A DNA stretch of 64,000 bases from Candidatus Omnitrophota bacterium (lineage in GTDB: Bacteria; Omnitrophota; Gorgyraeia; Gygaellales; Profunditerraquicolaceae), in NCBI GenBank assembly GCA_028715415.1, contig JAQURX010000010.1, forward strand, positions 3,668-67,667, written 5' to 3'. Made by a program: the position numbers and the translations under genes. The notes beneath the pieces were generated by a model, which was given only the letters and a program-made list of their open reading frames with translations, was not told the DNA's origin and did no database searches. Positions 29,176 to 39,406 of the stretch are shown here, piece after piece (within the stretch, counting starts at the first letter, position 1; the number at the start of each line of letters is the position of its first letter).

Positions 29176-32100
29176 TTAAATTCTTTTTCCCAATAAAGCT
29201 ACTCTTAAATCCTGCTCCGAAACTGCTGAATCAATAACTACCAGAATATCCTTAAGGCCTGAATCTGTGGCACAGCACCGCTCTTCTTCCATCCTTAAGA
29301 TATCCGCAATACAAGAGATTACTTTATCAATGTCTCTGTCAATATTACCTTTGTAACAGGAAGCCTGGAGGTATTCCTTGATCCTGTCAGATGAAGGAAC
29401 TATGCCTGAATTAACCAGATTCTCTATTTCCCTCCATTCTGAATTAAGGTTTATATCATTAAGCCTGCTTGCGGATGGATTACCAATGTTAACGCTTAGG
29501 CTGCTTATGGCTTGAGTAACTATTGGTAGATGACGAAAATCGATTCCGCCGAAACTTTTAGTAGCCTGTATAAGCTTTGCTTCAGGGACAACATTTCTTT
29601 CCAATTCTGGACTTTCAATAATTTTTGATTTTTGGCTCAATAAACTAACGACCCTTTTGCTGCCATCTTTCTCTTTATCTGAATACCAATCTGAACTATT
29701 CAATATTCTTTTTGCCTCTTTCAGGACAATCTTCTTAGAATTAGAAGATAACCGCTCCAAAATAAGTTCTGCCTGCTGGCCAACAATATCTAATGGACAA
29801 GCCTGAGCTATGATCAAAATATCTACCAAATTACTTCCCAACTTTGTTTTCTCAAGCTCTACTTCACCTTTTCTTGCCAATTCATACAATTCATCAAACG
29901 TTCTGCTATTATTTACGCTCCAAAAAATTCCTTCGATTGCTCTCCTGTCATCGCGCCCTGCTTCTTCTTCCCATAAATCTCTTGAAAGATACACTTCAAC
30001 AATAGCCCCCAATCCAAGATATGCTAAAGGAGTACCGTTCTTCCTTTCTTCCTCAAAGATACGATCCCAAAATCCTTTAGCTTGCGGCAATATTGCCTTC
30101 ACTACAATTTTCTGAGCACCAATCTTCTGAGCATACTCTCTTGCTGCAGACCAAAGGCCTCGGCCAATTCCCTTATCTCTGAATCTTGAAAAAACCAAAA
30201 TATCAAAAACACTCAAATAAACTCTATCCCCATATACTTCCTTAACACAAGTAATAAAACCGGCGACTTCCCCATTTTCCAAATAAACAAGATATTCATT
30301 ATTCGGATTGCCAAAAGCTTCTTGAAGTTTTTCATAAGACTTTTTTTCCGTTTCTTTATTTACCATTGCAAGATAAGAAGCAATCTGACGAATATATAAT
30401 TCATTACCTCTCACTGGCCAAACATTACCTGTTTTCTTCCTCGCAACATCCTCCTTTTGCTCTACCCTAAGAATATCCTCCATTTGCCTTGCCAATTCAT
30501 GAGCATCTTCTGGTGATATCTCCGAATGCATTTCAGCAACCCACTTAGCCATCGCTTCATGGCCAAGCCCAGCTAATATCAAACGTAAGTCATTGTTATG
30601 CCCTGCCAAATACTGATCACCTATGAATATTCTGTTACCAAGCCTTACGGGCCCGTTGATAGACCTACCGTCTAATCTTTTCATAAAAGGCTCGGCTACA
30701 ACTATTACTTCAGCGCCATTAATCCTTCCCGGGCCAAATTTATCTTCCAGCTCTTTAACTATATCCTTAGGCAAAGCTATACGCCTGGCTCCGCTTGAAT
30801 CTGCTAATCTTTGTATTGCCTCAACATCTTCTCTTGTAACATCACCTTCCAGAGCATGATCTTCATTTTTATTAGTAGGCGTAACTTTTAAACCAATGAC
30901 TGCTTTTGTCTGGCCTCCTCGAAGATCATTCTTCCCTTTGTTATATCTACTTTCTATCTCTGTAGCAAACCGATTAAAAGTGCTATAAGGAACTTCATCC
31001 TGCTGGAAATCACTCCTTAACTCATTTAACACCTCAACCGATATTCTAAAAATCCGGTCCCAATTTACGCCTTGAGGGTTACTACGGATTATCCTTGCAA
31101 GCGCTGCTCTGCCAGGAGTATGGGTATCTTCAATGCTCTTATCATTAGGCTTATTTTCCCAATTGGCAGAATGCTTTTCATATTTTGAATTAGCTGTTAT
31201 TCTTTTAACGGCATCATTGAATAAATTATTATCGCCTATTATGGATCTTAAAGATTTAAATCCATAAATATCGCATAAAAATTCATGCATAGCAGCCATG
31301 TTTTGATTAGTTAAGGTCTGATTAAATCCTTTGGAATAAAGCAATTTATGCATTGCTTCATGCGCAAAAGACCAAAAAGTTTGGTAGGAATAACCTATCC
31401 TATTTAATCCCATTACACCGACAGAATAAGCTCCTTCTATATACGCATTAAGCCGGAATGAAGACGCTGCCTTCAACAACATTGTCGTTTCTCCGCTCTC
31501 TTTAGGCAAAAGAGGCTCCGAATTCATAAGGATTGCGAACATTAGAAAATATGATTGTAATTTTGGCTCTCCAGCCAATACCAAGTCTTCGCGCAAAATA
31601 TTCTGTATTTTATTGCTTCCGCTTTCCCTGAAGAATTTTTCTGCTAAATATTGCCAATCTTCTCCTTTAATGATTTTATTTATTTCTGTTAAGTTTTGGT
31701 CTAAAAGCAAACAGGTTAATCCCAAAGCATAAGCTCTTAATTCAACAGGCATTGATTTATCTTGCCTTATACTATCTATGAATTTACGATCGTTTCTTAA
31801 GTGATACAAAATAAGATATCCGAAATCAGGGTGTTGTTTAATAAATTCTTTTGCTCCCCGGCTTTCATTTTTTGACAGAATATTAACGACTTGTTTTTGC
31901 AGGCTAATATCTGGAGTCAATAAGCCTACTAGTTTTTCTCTTTGATGGGGATAATTGTACAAAAGATTATGCAGCGCTAATGCAGACCTACGCCACAATA
32001 CACTATCTTTAGATGTCGATTTATAAGTATCTACTAGGGCATTTATCGCGAAAACATAGCCATTCTCCGCAAACCATTCAAGATGAGAATACGGAAGCCG

Positions 32101-33699
32101 TCCGAGATCTTCAACTGTAACGCCTTCTTCTTCTAACTTCACCAATGCACTAAATAACCTCTCAAAAGCATGGACCACCGGAGAGCTTTCATATTTGAAG
32201 GCAAATGTATCTGGATACTTAACCAAACGAAATAGTAAATCTAAAGCTATGTATCTTATTCTTTCCTGCTCCTTATTGGTCGTTTTGGAACGGATAATTT
32301 GTTCAAGCTTGGGGATTAATTGAAAAACTTGCCTTAACGCAGCAGGATCATTTTGAGCCTTGATTCCAAGATTAATCAGATCCTTTGCGAAAAGCTCCTT
32401 CTTATTTATCGATGGCGCAGGTTTGCTTGCAGGTATTGCTGCTAGCGCCGTAATCTTAGGTGGCTCTTCCAAAACCTTTACTTTAAACTCTGGCTGGGCA
32501 GCGCCGGATGCTTCTGTTAAAGATAACAATACCAACAAAGGAAATAAAAACTTTTTTCCTTTCCTGAAGATTTCGGATATTGTTCCGTTGGATGGGGACA
32601 AAGTTATGCGAGCCCCTGTTTTAGGATCAGTAAAAGTCTCTGCGCCAAAAGGGGGCATATTTGGCGCGATCCCGCTAATACCCCCCGAGAAATAACTCCT
32701 TATTACCTGCCCGTAGAGTGTATTTACCGAATCTTTAATATTGTATTCACCGTCTTTGAATGATTTCTGGTAAGCTTCGAAATAAGTAGATTTTGACCAG
32801 GATTCTTTGGAAGCAAGGTTTGAAGTAATAACATTCCTATCTATCAGCTTGGAATACGGATTATTTTGGCTGGAAAATCTCGACTTAAACCACTGCGCCA
32901 TGATAAGAGAATAATAAACCTGTCTTAACTGGGCATAGCGCTTTGAAGTATTAATCTCTTTGGTTAACTTTGGGATAATCAAATCCCTGATCAATTGGGA
33001 TGCGTATTCATTTAATTCTTTTAGCCTGTCATCCTTAAAGTTATAAGTTGCTGAATTCTTAAGATAATCCTGTTCCAAGCAAACCTTAAGAGTTGCCTTG
33101 TAGATATAAGCTGAGTCTTTAGTCTCACGGATAATAATCTCATCGGGAATTATCCAAGGGCGGGTTAATGTTGGGATAGTAACTTCCTCTGAACCAAAAA
33201 GCTCCCCTGCTTTTTTGTAAAGTTTGTCCCAATACTCTTTTCCTTCAGGTGTCTGTGGAGAAGTAAATCGTGCAGTATCCTTTTTAAGCTCAACGTCTGA
33301 AGCAAGCATGATCTTGCCGATTTCGGTCTGAGCAAGGTTGTCATCAATAATATCGTCTTCGGCGTCAGGACGCAGATTCACCCAGAAGCTCTCATTAGGA
33401 AGGGTTAATCCGATAAGAAAATAATCTAAAAGTATTTTACCTGAATCCTCTAACTCCTGATTGGAATGATCTTTAAGGCTTCCTTTATCAACGAGTATAT
33501 TAAAATTGTTGTTTAGGCTGTCGAAGGAAAGATATCTTAAGTGCAGGGGACGATAAACATCAGGAATTAACGTATTGCGCAATAAAGACAGACTCCCGGC
33601 AATGTCCAGCTGTCCGGCTACCTGGGCAAAACCGGATTGCTCAAATATAAGCAAAAAACAAAGCAAAAAAGCGAGTATTCTAGTAAGTTTTGTCTGCAT
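29176..33699 (-). CDS. Giant secreted multidomain protein (1507 aa) with embedded GNAT acetyltransferase domain and HExxH motif; function unknown
   Basis: Signal peptide MQTKLTRILAFLLCFLLIFEQSGFA; internal hydrophobic helix FLFPLLVLLSLTEASGAA; helical-repeat region; SFAHEAMHKLL...AAMHEF (HExxH + downstream E); GNAT motif A FRDKGIGRGLWSAAREYA with preceding beta-strand block; long C-terminal region with no recognisable motif. Confidence 0.8.
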   Translation of the reverse strand: MQTKLTRILAFLLCFLLIFEQSGFAQVAGQLDIAGSLSLLRNTLIPDVYRPLHLRYLSFDSLNNNFNILVDKGSLKDHSNQELEDSGKILLDYFLIGLTLPNESFWVNLRPDAEDDIIDDNLAQTEIGKIMLASDVELKKDTARFTSPQTPEGKEYWDKLYKKAGELFGSEEVTIPTLTRPWIIPDEIIIRETKDSAYIYKATLKVCLEQDYLKNSATYNFKDDRLKELNEYASQLIRDLIIPKLTKEINTSKRYAQLRQVYYSLIMAQWFKSRFSSQNNPYSKLIDRNVITSNLASKESWSKSTYFEAYQKSFKDGEYNIKDSVNTLYGQVIRSYFSGGISGIAPNMPPFGAETFTDPKTGARITLSPSNGTISEIFRKGKKFLFPLLVLLSLTEASGAAQPEFKVKVLEEPPKITALAAIPASKPAPSINKKELFAKDLINLGIKAQNDPAALRQVFQLIPKLEQIIRSKTTNKEQERIRYIALDLLFRLVKYPDTFAFKYESSPVVHAFERLFSALVKLEEEGVTVEDLGRLPYSHLEWFAENGYVFAINALVDTYKSTSKDSVLWRRSALALHNLLYNYPHQREKLVGLLTPDISLQKQVVNILSKNESRGAKEFIKQHPDFGYLILYHLRNDRKFIDSIRQDKSMPVELRAYALGLTCLLLDQNLTEINKIIKGEDWQYLAEKFFRESGSNKIQNILREDLVLAGEPKLQSYFLMFAILMNSEPLLPKESGETTMLLKAASSFRLNAYIEGAYSVGVMGLNRIGYSYQTFWSFAHEAMHKLLYSKGFNQTLTNQNMAAMHEFLCDIYGFKSLRSIIGDNNLFNDAVKRITANSKYEKHSANWENKPNDKSIEDTHTPGRAALARIIRSNPQGVNWDRIFRISVEVLNELRSDFQQDEVPYSTFNRFATEIESRYNKGKNDLRGGQTKAVIGLKVTPTNKNEDHALEGDVTREDVEAIQRLADSSGARRIALPKDIVKELEDKFGPGRINGAEVIVVAEPFMKRLDGRSINGPVRLGNRIFIGDQYLAGHNNDLRLILAGLGHEAMAKWVAEMHSEISPEDAHELARQMEDILRVEQKEDVARKKTGNVWPVRGNELYIRQIASYLAMVNKETEKKSYEKLQEAFGNPNNEYLVYLENGEVAGFITCVKEVYGDRVYLSVFDILVFSRFRDKGIGRGLWSAAREYAQKIGAQKIVVKAILPQAKGFWDRIFEEERKNGTPLAYLGLGAIVEVYLSRDLWEEEAGRDDRRAIEGIFWSVNNSRTFDELYELARKGEVELEKTKLGSNLVDILIIAQACPLDIVGQQAELILERLSSNSKKIVLKEAKRILNSSDWYSDKEKDGSKRVVSLLSQKSKIIESPELERNVVPEAKLIQATKSFGGIDFRHLPIVTQAISSLSVNIGNPSASRLNDINLNSEWREIENLVNSGIVPSSDRIKEYLQASCYKGNIDRDIDKVISCIADILRMEEERCCATDSGLKDILVVIDSAVSEQDLRVALLGKRI

Positions 33700-33711
33700 T
33701 TTGAAACGAAC

Positions 33712-33726
33712 AGTTTATCAATCGGT
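33712..33726. repeat. 15-bp element AGTTTATCAATCGGT, 5'-UTR copy (12 nt upstream of the giant-gene ATG) of the flanking inverted repeat
   Basis: Reverse complement equals 29140-29154. Confidence 0.8.
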
Positions 33727-33794
33727 AATATAAATATATATTATTAATAATATATTACAATGCGATATCAGGGGGTTTTTGAAAGGGTTTTCTT

Positions 33795-35204
33795 TTAAAA
33801 ACTAATCCATGCTGCAGGCAGGTTTGAAAGGAAAATGTTGACTTTCAATAACATATTTACCAACAATTCGAGGACTGGAGCAAACGGTATAACATTAAGA
33901 AAACCAATGGCTTGTGTAAAAATAAGGCCGAATCCGCACAGAGTAATTAATGTGGCTAAAGGCACTACAAAAATATTTGCCAGGACAGTTATAGGAGAAA
34001 ATATCCTAAAGTTAGCAAGGATAATCCCAGCAGTGCCAATCCAGGCAGAAAACGAAACAAGCAGGTTATCAACAATATACCGGCCTGCGGGAAATTTGAG
34101 CTTCTCTATCCTGATCAACTTTTTTAATCTAGGGTATAAGAAAATAATCGCGAATACGCTGGCAAATGACAATTGAAAGCCGATATCAAATAATTGCAAG
34201 GGATTTAGCGATAAGATAAACAAAGCTGCCAGGCTTAATGAGTAATAAACATCGGGCTCTCTTTTAATAAGATAACCCGACAGAAAAAATATCGCCATAA
34301 TTGTCGCCCTTAAGACCGGATTGCTTGCCCCAGTCATAAAACAATAGGTAATAACAAAAAGGATTGTAAAGACTATCCTTGGCTTTCGCTTCAACCTTAA
34401 TAATTTTAAAAGCAAATTCGTAATAAAAGCCACTATTCCTACATTAAAACCGCTTACCACTAACACATGCACGGTGCCGGTTTTCATCATAACATTGTTG
34501 ATCAATGGGGGAACATTTCTTTTTTCTCCTAAAACCATGGCGCTTGTAATGCCGGCTGACAAATTAGAAAGATGGTTTCTAATCGTGCTTTGTGCCTTAT
34601 CCTTAAGCCAATAACTAAATCTTTTAAAACTTGCATTACTAGATTTTATTCTTTGAGGAGGAAATCTCACAGACAGGATTTCATAAACTCCCTGGTTAGA
34701 CAAATATCTCTTATAACTTTGCCTTCCGGATTGGGTATAATCCGTCGGGTAATGGATATTCCCGGTTAACAGCAATTCCTCTCCATAAATATAGGCATCA
34801 GTGCTTTCAAAACGAACAAAAATTTTTCCACAACAGTCAAATCCATGTTTTCCAAATTGTAACTGTTTAGTTTCAAAAATAAACGACTGACTATTATTTC
34901 CGACATTTGGCTCGCTTGCGATATTTCCTTTAATCCTAAAATATTGCTCTGAGTCAGATCAGGTGAATCTTGAAATGTGGCATTTAGGCAGGATTTGATA
35001 ATTCTTAAAATGAAGAAACCCAAGAATAATTACGATAAAGCATAATAAAATATCAAAATAACCTTTGTGTTTGGTCAATCGCCACGCAAAGAAAAGAATA
35101 AACAAGAGGACTATTGCAAAATAAATAAACCCAAACTCCAGCCTGCTTGCAATTAACACGCCTAAACAAAAACAAAGAATTAGTATGCACAAAGGACGTT
35201 TCAT
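33795..35204 (-). pseudogene. comEC: ComEC/Rec2 DNA-uptake channel (short form without metallo-beta-lactamase domain) interrupted by one in-frame TGA
   Basis: A single reading frame from ATG 35204 gives N-terminal TMs (MKRPLCILILCFCLGVL...), then TGA at 34959-34961 (...KCHISRFT*SDSEQYFRIKGNIASEPNVGN...), then the OB-fold and competence domain (GTVHVLVVSGFNVGIV) to 33795. The ORF track splits it into 81-aa and 326-aa pieces. Confidence 0.65.
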
Positions 35205-35530
35205 TGCACGAAGAATATTTCTTTGAGTTTCTCATAACGCTTATCGCCTATGCCTTTTACTAATTTCAGGCTTTCTAAAGATTCAAATGGCCCATTCTTT
35301 TCCCGAAATAGGATTATTTCTTTGCATAATTTTGGCCGGATTAGTTTTGTACAAAGTAAGTCGTTTAAGCTTGCCTTATTTAAATCTAATTTGCAGATCT
35401 TCTCATTAACATTCAGAATCTTCGCACTAGCCGGATGTATCTTATAAAGAAAATTAATTCCTATCCCTAAGAATGAGACAGCAATAAGAAAAACAACCAC
35501 CTTGCGTTCTTCATTAGTAAAATTAAACAA
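35201..35530 (-). CDS. comEA: ComEA-family DNA-binding competence protein (HhH)
   Basis: N-terminal TM, DLNKASLNDLL...VKGIGDKRYEKLKE helix-hairpin-helix; 4-nt overlap with comEC. Confidence 0.75.
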   Translation of the reverse strand: MFNFTNEERKVVVFLIAVSFLGIGINFLYKIHPASAKILNVNEKICKLDLNKASLNDLLCTKLIRPKLCKEIILFREKNGPFESLESLKLVKGIGDKRYEKLKEIFFVQ

Positions 35531-35597
35531 ATTTCCCTCCTCTCTCCAAAGTTCCTACATCAATAGACGAAAAAAGAGGCAAAATCTAACATAAAAA

Positions 35598-35657
35598 CTT
35601 GGGGACGGTTCTATTTTTTTTAAAACTTTAGTCCTAAAAAAATATAACCGTCCCCGG
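35598..35657 (-). terminator. Stem-loop (GGGGACGGTT/AACCGTCCCC, 10-bp stem, about 35-nt AT-rich loop) + T-run immediately after the leuS stop
   Basis: Inverted repeat read directly; TTTTT two nt after the 3' arm on the minus strand. Confidence 0.4.
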
Positions 35658-35660
35658 TTT

Positions 35661-38057
35661 CTAAACTACTATATTGACGAGCTTTTTGGGGATAATAATG
35701 AAATTTCTGATGGGCTTGTCTTTAATCCAAGGAGCTAATTTTGCATCATTAAGCACTAATTCTTTAAGTTTGTCGTCGCTTATCTCCAGAGGAACCTCGA
35801 TTTTTGACCTAAGCTTTCCACAAACTTGAATTACTATAGTTACATTTTCTTCAACTAACATCTTAGGGTCATATTTTGGCCAATTAGCCTTAAAAATGCT
35901 TTCTTTGTTACCCAGCTCTTGCCAAAGCTCTTCGCAGAAATGCGGAGCAATAGGAGCAAGCATAAGAATCAACGCCTTATAAACTTCTTTATCTGCGCCT
36001 TGAAGATAAATCGCATTAGTTAATTCCATTAGACCCGCGATTGCAGTATTGAATTTAAAATCTTGAACATCTTCTGTTACTTTTTTAATTGTTTTATGCA
36101 GAATCCGCATAAGTTCAGGGGAAGCTTTTTCTTTAAGGTTCTCTTGAATGCGCCAGACACGGTTTAGGAATTTATTTGCTCCCTCAGTCCCGCGTTCCTC
36201 CCATTCAAGCTCTGTTTCCGGAGGAGCGGCAAACAAAATAAACAAACGCAAAGTATCAGCACCGTATTTACTGATAATTGAATCCGGGTCAACAATGTTC
36301 CCCCGCGACTTAGACATAACCTCGCCGTCTTTTAAAACCATTCCTTGTGTCAAAAGTTTCTTAAACGGCTCGGAGAAATCTATCATTCCTAAATCTTTAA
36401 AAAATTTGGTAAAAAACCGGGAATATAACAAATGTAAAATGGCATGTTCAATGCCGCCTATATATTGATCAACCGGCATCCAGTATTTCGCTTCATTTTT
36501 ATCAAAAGGAGATTCGTTAGATTTAGGCGAACAGAACCTTAAAAAATACCATGAGGAATCAAAGAAGGTTGCCATAGTATCGGTTTCTCGACGAGCTCCC
36601 CCATTACATTTAGGGCATTTAACCTCAACAAATTCTTTTACTTTGCCAAGCGGGCTTCCCCCTTCTCCGGTAAAAGGCGCATCCGCAGGAAGAGAAACCG
36701 GCAAATCTTCATAGGGCACCGGGACAACTCCGCACTTTGGGCAATAGATCATAGGAATCGGTGTCCCCCAATAACGCTGGCGCGAAATCAGCCAGTCACG
36801 CAGCCTCCAATGCGTTACAATCTTTCCAATCTCCTCTTTCTCCATCCACTCGGCAATCTTTGTTTTTGCTTCTTCATTCTTTAACCCATCAAATTTTCCA
36901 GAGTTAACCTGAACTCCATCGCCTTCATAAGCCTCATTCATGGTTTCAGGTTTCAGGTTGCAGGTTTCAGGATTGATAACTACTCTCATCGACAGCTTAT
37001 GCTCTTTTGCAAACAAAAAGTCGCGCTGATCATGAGTCGGGACAGCCATTATTGCTCCAGTCCCATATTCCATTAAAACGTAATCCGCAATCCAGATCGG
37101 GATAGTTTCATTATTCACCGGGTTTATCGCATAACTTCCGGTAAACACACCTTCTTTCTTAACATCAGAAGATGAACGGACTACTTTGCTTTCCTTAAGA
37201 ACTTTTTCAATAAAACCTAATGCTTCTTTTTCTTGAGGCTTACCTTTAATAATATCTTTGACTAACGGATGCTCAGGAGCCAAGACAATGTAAGTTGCAC
37301 CAAAAATCGTATCTACTCTTGTAGTAAATACCGGAATTGTTTTTCCGTTTTCTTTTAAACGGAAATATATTTCAACGCCTGAGCTCTTCCCGATCCAATT
37401 ATTCTGCATACTAATAACTCTCTCAGGCCATTCTTTTAACTGGGCTAAGTCTTCCAAAAGCCTTTCTTTGTAATCCGTAATCTTTAAATACCACTGTTCC
37501 AGGTCTTTCTGCTCTACTTTTGAATGGCACCTCCAACATCCGCCTTCAATAACTTCTTCGTTGGCAAGTGTCGTTTCGCAAGAAGGGCACCAATTAACCG
37601 AGGATTTCTTTTTGTAAGCCAACCCCTTTTCAAACATTTTTAAGAATATCCACTGGTTCCACTTATAATAATCCGCGTCGCAGGTTGAGACTTCTCTATC
37701 CCAATCGTAAGAAAAACCCATCTTTTTTAATTCTTCACGCATATCATCAATGCATTTATGCGTCCAGATATCAGGCTTAGTCTTATTCTTTATAGCAGCA
37801 TTCTCTGCCGGCTGGCCAAAAGCGTCAAAACCCATAGGATGCATGACACTAAAACCTTGCATCCTTTTAAAACGGGCTGCTACATCGCCAATCGTATAAT
37901 TACGCACATGCCCCATGTGGATTTTTCCCGATGGGTATGGAAACATCTCTAATAAATAATACTTTGGCTTTTGTGTTTCGGTTTTAGCGCTAAAGATTTG
38001 TTCTTTAAGCCATAAATCCTGCCATTTTTTTTCTATTTCCTTGAAAGAATAAATCAT
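35661..38057 (-). CDS. leuS: Leucyl-tRNA synthetase
   Basis: 798 aa; HMGHVRNY (HIGH) and KMSKSRGN (KMSKS) class I motifs; CP1 editing domain. Confidence 0.95.
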   Translation of the reverse strand: MIYSFKEIEKKWQDLWLKEQIFSAKTETQKPKYYLLEMFPYPSGKIHMGHVRNYTIGDVAARFKRMQGFSVMHPMGFDAFGQPAENAAIKNKTKPDIWTHKCIDDMREELKKMGFSYDWDREVSTCDADYYKWNQWIFLKMFEKGLAYKKKSSVNWCPSCETTLANEEVIEGGCWRCHSKVEQKDLEQWYLKITDYKERLLEDLAQLKEWPERVISMQNNWIGKSSGVEIYFRLKENGKTIPVFTTRVDTIFGATYIVLAPEHPLVKDIIKGKPQEKEALGFIEKVLKESKVVRSSSDVKKEGVFTGSYAINPVNNETIPIWIADYVLMEYGTGAIMAVPTHDQRDFLFAKEHKLSMRVVINPETCNLKPETMNEAYEGDGVQVNSGKFDGLKNEEAKTKIAEWMEKEEIGKIVTHWRLRDWLISRQRYWGTPIPMIYCPKCGVVPVPYEDLPVSLPADAPFTGEGGSPLGKVKEFVEVKCPKCNGGARRETDTMATFFDSSWYFLRFCSPKSNESPFDKNEAKYWMPVDQYIGGIEHAILHLLYSRFFTKFFKDLGMIDFSEPFKKLLTQGMVLKDGEVMSKSRGNIVDPDSIISKYGADTLRLFILFAAPPETELEWEERGTEGANKFLNRVWRIQENLKEKASPELMRILHKTIKKVTEDVQDFKFNTAIAGLMELTNAIYLQGADKEVYKALILMLAPIAPHFCEELWQELGNKESIFKANWPKYDPKMLVEENVTIVIQVCGKLRSKIEVPLEISDDKLKELVLNDAKLAPWIKDKPIRNFIIIPKKLVNIVV

Positions 38058-38452
38058 TCTTTAATCTTCCTCTGTGGAATTAATGAAATCAATGTTGAAA
38101 TCCCGCGTAAAAGAGTTTCCGGAGCACAAGGCTTGGTAATATAAAGCTCTGCTTCCAAATCGTATGATTTTTTTATTGATTCCAAGTCACTTTTTGCACT
38201 CACAATAACTGCGGGGATCCATTTTGTTACATCTTTGCTTCTTAAAGCTTTCAACACCTCAAAGCCGTTTAACTTTGGCATAATTAAATCAAGAATAATT
38301 ACATCGGGATTATTTTCTTTTACCTTTACCAATGCCTCTTCCCCGTCGTAAGCTGAAATTACGTCATATCCTGCTTCTTTGATAATCTTACTTAATACCT
38401 CAACTACATCCTTTTCATCGTCAACAATTAAAACTTTGGATATGTAGCCCAT
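38054..38452 (-). CDS. Stand-alone response-regulator receiver domain (CheY-like)
   Basis: 132 aa, KVLIVDDE...DVIILDLIMPKLNGFEVL, conserved phospho-acceptor Asp context; 4-nt overlap with leuS. Confidence 0.8.
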   Translation of the reverse strand: MGYISKVLIVDDEKDVVEVLSKIIKEAGYDVISAYDGEEALVKVKENNPDVIILDLIMPKLNGFEVLKALRSKDVTKWIPAVIVSAKSDLESIKKSYDLEAELYITKPCAPETLLRGISTLISLIPQRKIKE

Positions 38453-38465
38453 TAGTTCTCCTTGT

Positions 38466-39308
38466 TTAAGCCCTTAGATGTCTTACAATTTTAAGATTCA
38501 TTTCGTCGGCGTGCTCACTGTCTTTCGGAGTTTCAAGAATAAAGGGAATCTTTTTTAATTTTGGGTGATTAATGATTCTTTCCATCCCTTTCATCCCAAT
38601 TGAACCTTTTCCTATGTGCGCGTGCAGATCGCGATGCGAACCTAATTCAGCAGGAGTATCATTTAGATGAATTAATTTAACCAGATCTAACCCAACTAAA
38701 TTATCAATTTCATCCAACATCTCTTCTAAGCCGTTTTTTGTAGAAATATCATAACCCGCAACATAAGCATGAGCTGTATCAAGACAGAGCCCAACGCGTT
38801 CTTTTTGCTTTAAGTTATCTATAACTTCTTTTTGATGGCTGAATTTATAGCCAAGCCAGGAACCTGACCCGGAAGTATTTTCCAGCAATATCCCGACAGA
38901 GCTTTCTTTTGTTTTCTCTAAAATCCTGTTTAATGCGGTAATTAATCTCTTTAAGCCGGACTTCTCCGATGTCTGCTTATGGCTACCCATATGAGTGACT
39001 ATATAATCCGCTTTTAAAAGCGAGGCTTCATGCATATCTTCCACATAGGCCTTCATGGATGCACGATAAAGCACGTAGTCCGGGGAAGCAAGGTTAAGCA
39101 AATAAGGGATATGGATAAAAATCGGCTTTATCCCTGAATTCTGGGCGCGCTTGACAAATTCCGCGACATCTTCCTGCCCAATTTGATTCTCACGCCACCT
39201 TTGAGGATTACGGGAGAATACCTGCATAGTATTGCAGCCAAGCTCTTCTGCGCGAGCAATAGCTTCGTAAATCTTACCCGCTCCGGAAACGTGTACTCCT
39301 AAAAGCAT
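38466..39308 (-). CDS. nfo: Endonuclease IV (AP endonuclease family 2)
   Basis: 280 aa TIM-barrel, metal-ligand His/Glu/Asp pattern of Nfo (HIPYLLNL, HLND, HAHIG). Confidence 0.85.
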   Translation of the reverse strand: MLLGVHVSGAGKIYEAIARAEELGCNTMQVFSRNPQRWRENQIGQEDVAEFVKRAQNSGIKPIFIHIPYLLNLASPDYVLYRASMKAYVEDMHEASLLKADYIVTHMGSHKQTSEKSGLKRLITALNRILEKTKESSVGILLENTSGSGSWLGYKFSHQKEVIDNLKQKERVGLCLDTAHAYVAGYDISTKNGLEEMLDEIDNLVGLDLVKLIHLNDTPAELGSHRDLHAHIGKGSIGMKGMERIINHPKLKKIPFILETPKDSEHADEMNLKIVRHLRA

Positions 39309-39406
39309 TTATATTCCTAACGCTAAATTGGCTGCAAATAATAGCTTTGCCGCCTATGTTTGAATACAATATTATACACCTAGCCGCCGTTCGGTCAAGG
39401 TTATAG

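Noticed and set aside
29140-33726. Interpreting the inverted-repeat-flanked giant gene as an insertion sequence or transposon
   Set aside because: No transposase or integrase is present, there are no direct target-site duplications next to the repeats, and GC content matches the host. Kept only as a UTR-pairing or cassette hypothesis.
34959-34961. In-frame TGA in comEC as evidence for a UGA-reassigned genetic code (code 4/25)
   Set aside because: prfB carries the canonical UGA-dependent +1 frameshift site and several genes (e.g. lnt at 12423-12425) terminate with TGA. Standard code 11 applies, so the comEC TGA is a premature stop or error.
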